A DNA stretch of 64,000 nt from Bacteroidales bacterium H4 (GTDB lineage: Bacteria; Bacillota; Clostridia; Lachnospirales; Lachnospiraceae): the NCBI GenBank assembly GCA_963626805.1, contig CAVFXS010000063.1, positions 1,984 to 65,983 of the forward strand, written 5' to 3'. The position numbers and the translations under genes were made by a program. Below the pieces are notes generated by a model. That model saw only the letters and a program-made list of their open reading frames with translations. It was not told where the DNA came from and made no database searches. Every line of letters starts with the position of its first letter. Position 1 is the stretch's first letter. Positions 8,187 through 17,066 of this stretch are shown one piece after another.

Positions 8187-9419
8187 ATGCCAAACTACAA
8201 ACCCATCATCCCGCCGGAGCAGCAATCAGAGAAAGAAAAGAAGCTGCTGGCTGAACGGGAGCGCATCGACACCAAGCTGACCTATCACAAGCACCGGCTC
8301 AAGGCGCTTGAGCATGAGGAAGCGGAGCTTGTAAGGAAAGCCCGCAACCATCGCATTTTCACCCGTGGCGGTATGCTGGAGTCCTTTCTTCTGAAGCCTA
8401 CATTGCTGTCAGATGATCAGGTGCATTCGCTGCTGAAAATCATATTTCACAAGCCGGAGATCAACAAAATCCTGAATCACATGATCTCCATTGAGCCGCC
8501 TGTAGAGGAAGAACCGGAGCTTCCAGCGGATGTGCCGCCCGATCCGGCAATTTCGGAAGAAGCACGCAATGCCTTTGGTTATACGGATGATGCTATGCTT
8601 CCGCTGACGAAGGAGCGTGCCATGGAGCTATTTGAACGGGATGTCCCCGTATATCTGCTTTACGGAGACAATACTGAGGCGATGGCATTTGAACACACCG
8701 AGATTCTGAATCATGACGGCATCTTCGGAATTGACCGTGCGGACTGGGAGGCAGTCAAGGAGCAGTTCCCGATTGCTACGGAAAACAAGTGGCAGAAAGC
8801 TTTTCTGGAGAATCCTGCCGACAGCTATTGCATCTATCAGCTGAAGCGAACTGATGAAACGGCGGAGCTTCTTTTTATGAGCAGCAATTACCTGAAGGAG
8901 CACAATCTGGATATTTCCTATGAAAACTACGATGCGGTTTACTCCGGCGCTTTTTCCGGAAGTGATGATAACCCTACGAAAACGCTAGATGATCTCTACA
9001 TGAAGTTCAATACAGATCGCCCACAGGACTTCACAGGGCACAGCCTGTCCGTCAGCGACATCGTAGCGCTCAGGCAAAACGGCGTGGTATCCTGCCATTA
9101 CGTGGACAGCGTTGGATTTGCTGATGTGCCTGCTTTTCTTCCGGAGAATTATCTCAAAAATGCGGAGATGGCGATGGAGGATGACTACGGCATGATTGAC
9201 GGCATCATTAACAATGGCTCGAAGGAACAGCCGGAATTCAAGGCAAAAGTGCCTGATCTGACAGCACTTTTTGAGGAGGCAAAGCGTACTGTGCAGGAGT
9301 ACAAGGCTTCCCATGATGATGGAAGAAAGCAATCTGTCATAGCAAGGCTCCACACACCGACACCGCCCAGAAACGACAAAACAGCGCAGACGAAAAGCGC
9401 GGAAAGGGATTTACTATGA
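8187..9419 (+). CDS. Conjugative-element-associated protein (YodL / DUF3849 / DUF4316-like)
   Basis: N-terminus MPNYKPIIPPEQQSEKEKKLL and the overall composition resemble proteins carried on clostridial conjugative transposons. GGAGG lies upstream of ATG 8187. Confidence 0.5.
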   Translation: MPNYKPIIPPEQQSEKEKKLLAERERIDTKLTYHKHRLKALEHEEAELVRKARNHRIFTRGGMLESFLLKPTLLSDDQVHSLLKIIFHKPEINKILNHMISIEPPVEEEPELPADVPPDPAISEEARNAFGYTDDAMLPLTKERAMELFERDVPVYLLYGDNTEAMAFEHTEILNHDGIFGIDRADWEAVKEQFPIATENKWQKAFLENPADSYCIYQLKRTDETAELLFMSSNYLKEHNLDISYENYDAVYSGAFSGSDDNPTKTLDDLYMKFNTDRPQDFTGHSLSVSDIVALRQNGVVSCHYVDSVGFADVPAFLPENYLKNAEMAMEDDYGMIDGIINNGSKEQPEFKAKVPDLTALFEEAKRTVQEYKASHDDGRKQSVIARLHTPTPPRNDKTAQTKSAERDLL

Positions 9420-9634
9420 TGAATTTTACGAATGACGAGCTGAATCTCATGTGCATCTACAGTGCCGGAGGAAACCGAGCTGATCTGGTGGAGAAGCTTA
9501 CGGAAATGAAGCATTATCTGGAAAAGGATGAAACAGAGCTGCTGACGCTTACAGAATCGGCACTTGAAAAGCTCTCTAAGATGAGCGATGAGGAATTTGA
9601 GAAGCTGGAGCTTTATCCGGATTTTGATGTGTGA
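9416..9634 (+). CDS. Transposon-transfer assisting family protein
   Basis: MNFTNDELNLMCIY...ALEKLSKMSDEEFEKLEL matches the remembered family consensus. ATGA overlap with the upstream gene. Confidence 0.7.
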   Translation: MMNFTNDELNLMCIYSAGGNRADLVEKLTEMKHYLEKDETELLTLTESALEKLSKMSDEEFEKLELYPDFDV

Positions 9635-9640
9635 TTTTTC

Positions 9641-9680
9641 TATTCCGAAATAAGGTGCAAGCGCACCATATTTCGGAATA
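9641..9680. repeat. 40-nt compound hairpin element, copy 1
   Basis: TATTCCGAAATA-A-GGTGC-AAGC-GCACC-A-TATTTCGGAATA: a perfect 12-bp outer stem enclosing a 5-bp inner stem. Confidence 0.8.
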
Positions 9681-9696
9681 GCTAAAACAATGAATA

Positions 9697-9734
9697 CTTT
9701 TGTCTCAAAAACTATATAGAATTTGAGACAAAAG
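9697..9734. repeat. Perfect 13-bp inverted repeat (CTTTTGTCTCAAA / TTTGAGACAAAAG) with a 12-nt loop
   Basis: Read directly; lies between hairpin copies 1 and 2. Confidence 0.8.
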
Positions 9735-9762
9735 CGATGAGATTGAACTGAAAAAATCCAAT

Positions 9763-9802
9763 TATTCCGATATCAGGTGCAACCGCACCCGTTCTCGGAA
9801 TA
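9763..9802. repeat. 40-nt compound hairpin element, copy 2
   Basis: TATTCCGA-TATCA-GGTGC-AACC-GCACC-CGTTC-TCGGAATA. Confidence 0.8.
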
Positions 9803-9818
9803 AAAAAGCCTTCCCCCA

Positions 9819-9848
9819 TTGACTATTACACTGAATATTGGGTATAAT
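9819..9848 (+). promoter_or_regulatory. SigA-type promoter for the AAA ATPase gene
   Basis: TTGACT (9819-9824), an 18-nt spacer, then TATAAT (9843-9848). It sits between hairpin copies 2 and 3. Confidence 0.55.
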
Positions 9849-9849
9849 A

Positions 9850-9889
9850 TATTCCGACATCAGGTGCAACTGCACCGGTTTTCGGAATG
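9850..9889. repeat. 40-nt compound hairpin element, copy 3 (in the 5' UTR, abutting the RBS)
   Basis: TATTCCGA-CATCA-GGTGC-AACT-GCACC-GGTTT-TCGGAATG. It is followed directly by the GGAGGG RBS and ATG 9901. Confidence 0.8.
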
Positions 9890-9900
9890 GAGGGTGCATT

Positions 9901-11154
9901 ATGGAAATCAAACGTGATGTTTATCTGGATAAGTTGATTCGGAAAAAGAAAAATGGACTGATAAAAGTAGTGACGGGTGTAAGAAGATGCGGAAAATCAT
10001 ATCTGCTGTTTCATCTTTTTCATGATCATCTGTTAGACAGCGGTGTTGCAGAGGATCATATCATAGAAATAGCACTCGATGACCGTAGCAATAAAGAGCT
10101 GCGCGACCCGGATGTCATCTTAAAGTTCATAAAGGAAAGCATAAAGGATAAAGAGGATTATTATATTATTCTTGATGAAGTTCAATATCTGGACGAATTT
10201 GAAGATGTCCTCAATAGCCTGCTGCATATTCGCAATGCGGATGTGTATGTAACGGGCAGCAATTCCAAATTTCTCTCGTCTGATGTGATTACTCAGTTCC
10301 GTGGACGGGGAGACGAGATTCGCGTCTATCCTTTAAGCTTTTCCGAATACGTGTCTGTGTACCAGGGTTCGCAGGATGAAGCGTGGGATGACTATCTTGT
10401 TTATGGTGGTCTGCCGCTCATCTTAACAATGGAAGAAGCCGAGGACAAGGCAGAATATCTTACTTCACTGTTTCAAAAGGTTTATATCTCAGATATCGTT
10501 GAGCGACACAATGTACGAAACAAAGCGGAGCTGGATGAACTGGTAGATGTCCTTGCATCTGCGATAGGAAGCTATACGAACCAAAATAAGCTTGTGCGGA
10601 CATTCAAAAGTGTTAAGAATAAGAATATCAGCGATAAGACGATTAAGAATTATACAGACTATCTGATAGATTCGTATCTTATCAGCAAAGCGGATCGCTA
10701 TGACATCAAGGGAAAGAAATACATTGGAAAGCTGTCAAAGTACTATTTTGAAGATGTAGGACTAAGAAATGCAAGATTAGGCTTCCGTCAGATTGAAGAA
10801 ACGCATTTGATGGAGAATATTATCTACAATGAACTAAGGGTTCGAGGATATCATGTGGATGTCGGTGTGGTGGAATATTATGAAACCAAGGCCGACGGAA
10901 AACGTGGAAAGAAGCAGTTGGAGGTGGATTTCGTTGCCACAAAAGGAAGCGAGAAGTATTATATTCAATCTGCTTTTGCACTTCCGACCGCAGATAAAGT
11001 AAATCAGGAACAACGAGGGCTTTTGAGTATTTCGGATTTCTTCAGAAAAATTGTTGTTGTTGGGGATAATATTAAAGTGCGCCGCGATGAAAACGGAATT
11101 ATTACAATCGGACTGAGGAATTTTCTGCTGGACGAAAATAGTCTGAAACTGTAA
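9901..11154 (+). CDS. AAA+ ATPase with a DUF4143-like C-terminal domain
   Basis: Walker A GVRRCGKSYLL, Walker B IILDEVQ, and a C-terminal region typical of DUF4143 ATPases. The part of the listed ORF upstream of ATG 9901 (9838-9900) covers the promoter and hairpin, so ATG 9901 is preferred. Confidence 0.8.
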   Translation: MEIKRDVYLDKLIRKKKNGLIKVVTGVRRCGKSYLLFHLFHDHLLDSGVAEDHIIEIALDDRSNKELRDPDVILKFIKESIKDKEDYYIILDEVQYLDEFEDVLNSLLHIRNADVYVTGSNSKFLSSDVITQFRGRGDEIRVYPLSFSEYVSVYQGSQDEAWDDYLVYGGLPLILTMEEAEDKAEYLTSLFQKVYISDIVERHNVRNKAELDELVDVLASAIGSYTNQNKLVRTFKSVKNKNISDKTIKNYTDYLIDSYLISKADRYDIKGKKYIGKLSKYYFEDVGLRNARLGFRQIEETHLMENIIYNELRVRGYHVDVGVVEYYETKADGKRGKKQLEVDFVATKGSEKYYIQSAFALPTADKVNQEQRGLLSISDFFRKIVVVGDNIKVRRDENGIITIGLRNFLLDENSLKL

Positions 11155-11182
11155 TCAACAAATTTATAGAGCATATCATTTT

Positions 11183-11218
11183 AGAGCATCGGTCTTAACG
11201 GACTGGTGCTCTTTTTAT
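11183..11218 (+). terminator. Rho-independent terminator after the ATPase gene
   Basis: AGAGCATCGGTC / GACTGGTGCTCT stem (two G-U wobbles) followed by TTTTTAT. Confidence 0.55.
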
Positions 11219-11246
11219 GTCCATTTTGCGAAAGGAGAACTGATCT

Positions 11247-11363
11247 ATGGCAAGTAAATTGCAGGAATACCGACGCATGTCGGAGGAGGCGCAGCGTCAG
11301 CTGACGGGCAGTCTGGAACGCTGGCAGTCCTTCCTGAAAACAGCATCGCGGCTGTATAAGTAA
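11247..11363 (+). pseudogene. Truncated N-terminal fragment (38 codons) of an ArdC-like / ICE large-protein gene
   Basis: AAAGGAGA RBS and ATG 11247. The peptide ...ERWQSFLKTASRLYK* resembles the start of ArdC-type N-terminal domains but stops after 38 aa. Confidence 0.4.
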
Positions 11364-11406
11364 CCTGATTCAGAATATTGTTTCCCCAAGCGATGATTCA
11401 GAGGAA

Positions 11407-11835
11407 ATGGCGCCGGAACAGAGACAGAAGCAGATTGATGAAGTGAAACAATATGTGGAAGAGCTTCGAAAAGAAAATCCGAAGGTGGCGGACATTATGA
11501 CTACCTTGATTGAAGAGATTGAGCAGGATGAGAATAAGTACCGGGGGCAGTCGATTTATAATATAGTAGAAAATATGAAGAAAGACTGCATTGAAAAAGT
11601 AGTAACGGATTTCTGTGTTACCTGGTATACATCAAAAGAGGATGTGATGTATGCTGCTATGCATTATCGAAACGGCGAGATTCCAAATGAGAATGCAATT
11701 AAGATGACTGCAGATTTTACCAGTTATAAGTCAGTACAGGAACATGCGATTCCAAAGTTTAAATATTATACATTGTTAATATCTGAACTTCGAAAGACTT
11801 TGGAGGAAGAGATTAAACCACTTGTGAATCATTGA
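11407..11835 (+). CDS. Hypothetical 142-aa protein, possibly the C-terminal remnant of a larger (restriction-enzyme-like?) gene
   Basis: The reading frame is open upstream of the ATG back to the preceding fragment's stop region, and no clear RBS is present. The helical charged composition recalls C-terminal regions of type I HsdR proteins, but that is only a weak recollection. Confidence 0.35.
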   Translation: MAPEQRQKQIDEVKQYVEELRKENPKVADIMTTLIEEIEQDENKYRGQSIYNIVENMKKDCIEKVVTDFCVTWYTSKEDVMYAAMHYRNGEIPNENAIKMTADFTSYKSVQEHAIPKFKYYTLLISELRKTLEEEIKPLVNH

Positions 11836-11889
11836 TTATTATTTTTTACTGTTTATATCAGCGTAAGCAGCTCAGGATGGAGGTAGCTT

Positions 11890-12816
11890 ATGATAAATGA
11901 TATGAAGAGTGAAAATTTGTTTTGTGACTATTACAGACAGTGGATTGAGGTCTATAAAAAAGATGCAATTCGCGAAGCAACCATGGCAAAATACCGGATG
12001 ACACAGAAGTGGATAGAGAAACTGGTTCCTGATTTAAAGGTGTCAGGGCTTACTCGGACGGCATATCAACAGCTTTTAAATGATTATGCAAAGGAACATG
12101 AACGGCAGACAACCCTTGATTTTCATCACCAGCTAAAGGGTGCAATTCTGGATGCTGTGGATGAAGGATTATTAGAAAGGGATCCAACCAGAAAAGCAAT
12201 CATTAAAGGTAAGACACCAAAGGCCAAAAAGGTCAAATATCTGAATCAGTTTGAATTGCATACGTTAATTGCACATCTTGAAATCAAGGAGCAGGTGAAT
12301 TGGGACTGGTTTATTCTCCTGGTGGCAAAGACGGGAATGCGTTTTTCTGAGGCACTTGCGGTTACTCCGGCAGATTTTGATTTTGCAAGACAGACCTTAT
12401 CGGTAAATAAAACATGGGATTATAAGGGCAAGGGAGGTTTTCTTCCGACTAAAAATAAATCTTCGGTAAGAAAGATACAGATAGACTGGCAGATAGTGGT
12501 TAAGTTTTCGGAATTGGTTAAGAATTTACCGGAGGACAAGCCTATTTTCGTAGGGAAAGAAAAGGTGTATAATTCCACGGTGAATGGTATTCTTGCAAGG
12601 CATTGCAAAGAGTGTTGTATCTCTGTGATTTCGATACATGGACTGCGTCACACACATGCGTCGTTATTATTATTTGCAGGAGTCACGATTGCCAGTGTTG
12701 CAAGGCGGCTGGGGCATGCAAGCATGACAACAACGCAGAAGACATATCTGCATATTATTCAGGAGTTGGAGAATAAAGATGTAGATCTGGTAATGAGAAC
12801 TTTATCAGGATTATAA
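11890..12816 (+). CDS. Tyrosine site-specific recombinase / integrase
   Basis: Catalytic signature GMRFSEAL (Arg), HGLRHTHASLL (HxxR) and LGHASMTTTQKTYLH (His...Tyr). An N-terminal SAM-like domain is present. Confidence 0.85.
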   Translation: MINDMKSENLFCDYYRQWIEVYKKDAIREATMAKYRMTQKWIEKLVPDLKVSGLTRTAYQQLLNDYAKEHERQTTLDFHHQLKGAILDAVDEGLLERDPTRKAIIKGKTPKAKKVKYLNQFELHTLIAHLEIKEQVNWDWFILLVAKTGMRFSEALAVTPADFDFARQTLSVNKTWDYKGKGGFLPTKNKSSVRKIQIDWQIVVKFSELVKNLPEDKPIFVGKEKVYNSTVNGILARHCKECCISVISIHGLRHTHASLLLFAGVTIASVARRLGHASMTTTQKTYLHIIQELENKDVDLVMRTLSGL

Positions 12817-13088
12817 AAGGCACGAAATGCTTACGCTGATGCTTTCGTTTATCAATAAAAGGAGCTTCTGAAACCCGGAAAAGAAACGCTTGCGTATAAA
12901 GGGAATTTGTGATATTTTGAACCCGAGTGGTATTCTATATGCAGAAGGTTTACAGAAGCTGCACTTATGCAGACTCTGATTTCTGCCGGAAATCACATCG
13001 GGATAATGTGTCATCACGAAGCGACATGGATTCTGTCGGTCCGGATTCAGCCGGATGGACGGAGAACAAAAGAGAAAGAGGTGGTGAC

Positions 13089-13928
13089 ATGGATATAGGA
13101 ATCATAGGTGCCGGTAAGGTGGGCTGTTCCCTGGGAAAATATGCGAGACAGCACGGACTTCCGGTAGCAGGATACTATAGCAGGACAAAGCAGAGTGCGG
13201 AGGAAGCGGCGACATTTACCCGTACAGAGTGCTTTGAAGATTTAACAGATATTATTTTGGCAAGTGATACCCTGTGGATCACGACACCGGATGACAGCAT
13301 CCGGGACGTGTGGGATTGCATTGCAAGATACGACATTCAAGACTATATAATCTGTCACTTTAGTGGCTCATTATCTTCCGATGTATTTTCCGGGATTGAA
13401 AAGAAGAAGGCACATCCTTGTTCGATTCATCCGATTTACGCGTTCAGCGACAAGAATACTTCCTACGTAAAATTAAATCAAGTGCATTTTACCATTGAGG
13501 GCGATGATTATGCGGTGGAGCATATGACAGAGCTTCTGGAGCGCATGGGTAATGTTGTGACCCGTATCCAGCCGCAGAAAAAGACGCTATACCACAGTGC
13601 GGCCTCACTGGTCAGCAATCATGTTCTGGGTGTTATAGATGCCGGGATGCATCTTCTGGAGGAATGTGGATTCACGACGGAGGAGGCCTATGAGGCAATG
13701 ACACCACTGATCCTGAACAATGTGCAGGCAGCCTGCGAGAAGGGATGCCGGGAGGCATTGACAGGACCGGTAGAGCGCAATGATATAGAGACCGTGGATC
13801 ATCATTTGTCGGTGTTAAGCGGCACGGCAAAGGACATTTATTTAAGCGTAGGAAACGAGCTTGTGATCATGGCGAAGGAGAAGCATCCGGAGCGGGATTA
13901 CAGTCGCATGGAGCTGAGGTTCCGGTAA
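13089..13928 (+). CDS. Rossmann-fold NAD(P)-binding protein, DUF2520-like (candidate ketopantoate-reductase-type enzyme of the pan operon)
   Basis: MDIGIIGAGKVGCSLG dinucleotide-binding motif, with AGAGGTGG RBS before ATG 13089. Lies directly upstream of panBCD. Confidence 0.6.
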   Translation: MDIGIIGAGKVGCSLGKYARQHGLPVAGYYSRTKQSAEEAATFTRTECFEDLTDIILASDTLWITTPDDSIRDVWDCIARYDIQDYIICHFSGSLSSDVFSGIEKKKAHPCSIHPIYAFSDKNTSYVKLNQVHFTIEGDDYAVEHMTELLERMGNVVTRIQPQKKTLYHSAASLVSNHVLGVIDAGMHLLEECGFTTEEAYEAMTPLILNNVQAACEKGCREALTGPVERNDIETVDHHLSVLSGTAKDIYLSVGNELVIMAKEKHPERDYSRMELRFR

Positions 13929-13986
13929 GTATAAAAAGAAAGGTAATAAGCGAAGCAAGGCATTCACTTGAAAGTTAGGTGACAAT

Positions 13987-14814
13987 ATGAAAAATACAGT
14001 AGTAACATTTCAGAAGGCAAAAAAAGAAGGTAAAAAGATTTCCATGCTGACAGCATATGATTATTCTACGGCAAAGCTGGAGGATGAGGCCGGTATTCAG
14101 GGAATTCTGGTCGGTGATTCACTGGGAAATGTGGTATTAGGATATGAGGATACGATTGCGGTTACCATGGAGGATATGATCCATCACGGAGCAGCGGTTG
14201 CCAGAGGTGCGAAGAACGCATTGGTAGTAGTTGATATGCCGTTTATGTCTTATCAGGTATCGGTAGAAGAGGCGGTTCGGAATGCAGGACGTCTGATGAA
14301 GGAAGGACATGCAGGAGCCGTGAAGCTGGAAGGCGGCGAGAGCGTATGTCCGCAGATCCGGGCAATCGTAAATGCCGGAATCCCGGTCATGGCACATCTG
14401 GGGCTAACTCCGCAGTCAATTCATGCGTTTGGCGGCTTTAAGGTACAGGGTAAGACCGAGGCAGCAGCGAAGAAGCTGTTAGAGGATGCACATAAGGTAC
14501 AGGAGGCAGGTGCTTTTGCATTGACATTGGAGGCTGTACCAAGTAAACTGGCAGCAATGGTAACCGAGCAGTTAGACATTCCGACGATCGGAATCGGTGC
14601 CGGCAACGGCTGTGACGGACAGATTCTGGTATATCAGGATATGCTTGGTATGTTCTCTGATTTCACACCGAAGTTTGTAAAACGGTATGCGAATGTAGGC
14701 GAGGTCATGAAGGACGCATTCCGCGGCTACATCAGTGAAGTGGAATCCGGGGCATTCCCGGCAAAGGAGAATGAATATGCCGTAGATGACAGCGTGATCG
14801 AGAAACTGTATTAA
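13987..14814 (+). CDS. panB: 3-methyl-2-oxobutanoate hydroxymethyltransferase
   Basis: MLTAYDY...GILVGDSLG...VVDMPF...VKLEGG...AHLGLTPQS are canonical PanB motifs. Confidence 0.9.
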   Translation: MKNTVVTFQKAKKEGKKISMLTAYDYSTAKLEDEAGIQGILVGDSLGNVVLGYEDTIAVTMEDMIHHGAAVARGAKNALVVVDMPFMSYQVSVEEAVRNAGRLMKEGHAGAVKLEGGESVCPQIRAIVNAGIPVMAHLGLTPQSIHAFGGFKVQGKTEAAAKKLLEDAHKVQEAGAFALTLEAVPSKLAAMVTEQLDIPTIGIGAGNGCDGQILVYQDMLGMFSDFTPKFVKRYANVGEVMKDAFRGYISEVESGAFPAKENEYAVDDSVIEKLY

Positions 14815-14921
14815 GAGATCGGATATAGCGAAAGCGAAGAAACAGAGTTAAGAAATCATAAGAATTATAGAAAGCATAGTAAGGGATTACGATAATACGA
14901 ATAAGAAAAGAGGAAATAATC

Positions 14922-15770
14922 ATGAAAATCGTACAGACAGTGGAAGAAGTAAGAGCACAGGTAAAGGAGTGGCGTCAGGCAGGCCTGACAGTTGGCCTGG
15001 TGCCGACGATGGGATATCTTCATGAGGGGCATAAGAGCCTGATCGATCGTGCAGTAAAAGAAAATGACCGGGTTGTGGTCAGTGTATTTGTAAATCCGAT
15101 GCAGTTCGGACCGACCGAGGATCTGGCCAGCTATCCGAGAGATCTGGATCGGGATGCGGCACTTTGTGAGGGCGCAGGCGCAGCACTCATCTTCCATCCG
15201 GCGCCGGAGAATATGTACTCCCCGGATTTCTCAAGCTTCATTGATATGAACACTCTGACCAAGGGACTGTGTGGTAAGACCCGGCCGATTCATTTCCGCG
15301 GTGTATGTACGGTAGTCGGAAAGCTGTTTAATATCGTACAGCCGGATAAGGCTTATTTTGGGCAGAAGGATGCACAGCAGCTGGCAGTGATCCGTCATAT
15401 GGTAAATGACCTGAACTTCAACCTGGAAGTGGTTGGATGTCCGATCATCCGGGAAGAGGACGGACTGGCTAAGAGCTCCAGAAATACGTATCTGAATCCG
15501 GAAGAGAGACAGGCAGCCCTGATCCTGTCAAAGAGCTTAAATCGTGGACAGGAGCTGATCGAGGCCGGCGAGAAGGATGCGGCAGTCATCAGGAAGGCAA
15601 TCACAGAAATGATCGAGACAGAGCCTCTGGCTAAGATAGATTATGTAGAACTGGTAGACTGGAATACCTTGGAGCCGGTTGAGAAGATCGAGGGGCCGGT
15701 ATTAAATGCAATTGCAGTATACATTGGCAAGACCAGACTGATTGATAATCACATTTACGAAGGAGTATAA
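14922..15770 (+). CDS. panC: Pantoate--beta-alanine ligase
   Basis: [32 protein letters not shown] and SSRN motifs. Confidence 0.9.
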   Translation: MKIVQTVEEVRAQVKEWRQAGLTVGLVPTMGYLHEGHKSLIDRAVKENDRVVVSVFVNPMQFGPTEDLASYPRDLDRDAALCEGAGAALIFHPAPENMYSPDFSSFIDMNTLTKGLCGKTRPIHFRGVCTVVGKLFNIVQPDKAYFGQKDAQQLAVIRHMVNDLNFNLEVVGCPIIREEDGLAKSSRNTYLNPEERQAALILSKSLNRGQELIEAGEKDAAVIRKAITEMIETEPLAKIDYVELVDWNTLEPVEKIEGPVLNAIAVYIGKTRLIDNHIYEGV

Positions 15771-15774
15771 GACC

Positions 15775-16158
15775 ATGACGATCACAATGTTAAAGGCGAA
15801 GATTCACCGGGCGGTTGTAGTGCAGGCGGAGTTGAATTACGTGGGTAGTATCACGATTGATTCTGCACTGATGGAGGCTGCCGGGATTCTGGAATATGAG
15901 AAGGTACAGATTGCAGATGTGGAGAGCGGAACTCGGTTTGAGACCTATGTCATTGCGGGTGAGGCCGGATCCGGCATGATCTGCTTAAACGGTGCGGCGG
16001 CACGTCAGGTTCAGGTCGGAGATCATGTTATCATCATGGCCTATGCGGATATGACGCCGGAGGAAGCGAAGAAGGCGATGCCACAGGTGGTATTTGTGGA
16101 TGAGCAGAATCAGATCAAACGAATTGCACATTATGAAAAACACGGGGAGCTTTGCTAG
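15775..16158 (+). CDS. panD: Aspartate 1-decarboxylase
   Basis: MLKAKIHRA...[10 protein letters not shown] with the self-processing G-S site. AAGGAG RBS before ATG 15775. Confidence 0.9.
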   Translation: MTITMLKAKIHRAVVVQAELNYVGSITIDSALMEAAGILEYEKVQIADVESGTRFETYVIAGEAGSGMICLNGAAARQVQVGDHVIIMAYADMTPEEAKKAMPQVVFVDEQNQIKRIAHYEKHGELC

Positions 16159-16279
16159 GCTCCCCGCCTTGCGTAGTAAGAGAATTGTAATAAAGAACAT
16201 CTAGCCATACAGGTATAAAAATGTTAAAATAGAGACTGAGTTATCAGACGATTTCAAAAACAGAAAGGAAGTATGAATT

Positions 16280-17050
16280 ATGAGAAAGTTAAAATTGGCA
16301 GGAGTGATATTGGCTGGAGCATTGGTCTTAAGTGCTTGCGGAAATGCTAGCGGTACAGAGGCATCCACGGAAAAGAATACAGAGGTGTCATCAGAAAAGA
16401 ATACAGAAGTATCCACGGAAAAGAATACGGAGGGGTCATCGGAAAAAGATACAGAGGCATCTACGGAAAAAAATACAGAGGGACAGGCGATTGATAACGG
16501 ATATAAGCAGGCGTATATTGATCAAATTAAAAAGTGTGAGTCAGAGAAGGAAGGCGATACGAATATCACATATGATCTGATTTATATTAATGATGATGAT
16601 ATTCCGGAACTGGTGGCAGGTGTGGACGGATTCTATATTGATCTGTATACATATGCAGATGGTAAAGCATATGCATTGACAGATTATTGGCCTTATGGGG
16701 CTGGTGGTAATGCGGGCTATCAGTATATTCCGTATAAGAATGTAATTGAAAATGAGAATGCCGATCAGGCCGGAGCAATCCGTTACTATTATTATTGGAT
16801 GATCGATGACAGTCATGCATTAAAAGCGTACAATGATGCGGATCTGAGCCTATGGCTGTTTGATGACAAGAATGGAAATGGCATCATGGACGAGGAAGAA
16901 TATACCGGGGATGATGGCGAATGCTATTATTATTACGCAGATCAGAAAATTTCAAAAGAGGAATTTGAGTCCCATCAGATAACAGGAGATTATCAGTGGA
17001 TAACCGGTACAAAAACGGCAGATGAAATGATTGCACAATTACAGCAATAG
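16280..17050 (+). CDS. Lipoprotein with N-terminal 8-aa tandem repeats
   Basis: Signal peptide with lipobox LSAC, then about 5 repeats of TE(A/V/G)S(T/S)EK(N/D) encoded by 24-nt repeats (16355-16483). Confidence 0.7.
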   Translation: MRKLKLAGVILAGALVLSACGNASGTEASTEKNTEVSSEKNTEVSTEKNTEGSSEKDTEASTEKNTEGQAIDNGYKQAYIDQIKKCESEKEGDTNITYDLIYINDDDIPELVAGVDGFYIDLYTYADGKAYALTDYWPYGAGGNAGYQYIPYKNVIENENADQAGAIRYYYYWMIDDSHALKAYNDADLSLWLFDDKNGNGIMDEEEYTGDDGECYYYYADQKISKEEFESHQITGDYQWITGTKTADEMIAQLQQ

Positions 17051-17066
17051 AAACAGGAGGAATCCT

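Larger units (their letters stand above)
8187..12816. mobile_element. Degenerate integrative/conjugative element remnant (ICE-type accessory genes, gene fragments, terminal tyrosine integrase)
   Basis: Holds a YodL/DUF4316-like protein, a transposon-transfer assisting protein, a truncated ArdC-like N-terminal fragment and an integrase. No transfer machinery is visible. Core pan genes start directly after it. Confidence 0.5.

Noticed and set aside
12927-13088. N-terminal 54-codon extension of the DUF2520-like ORF
   Set aside because: The extension has no RBS and no family-like sequence. ATG 13089 has an RBS and begins with the Rossmann GxGxxG motif.
16143-16166. Hairpin CGGGGAGC...GCTCCCCG overlapping the panD stop codon
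   Set aside because: It is a plausible terminator stem but lacks a downstream T-tract, so I did not list it as a feature.
16332-16580. 82-aa Arg/Lys-rich alternative-frame ORF
   Set aside because: It is an out-of-frame reading of the 24-nt repeats inside the lipoprotein gene.
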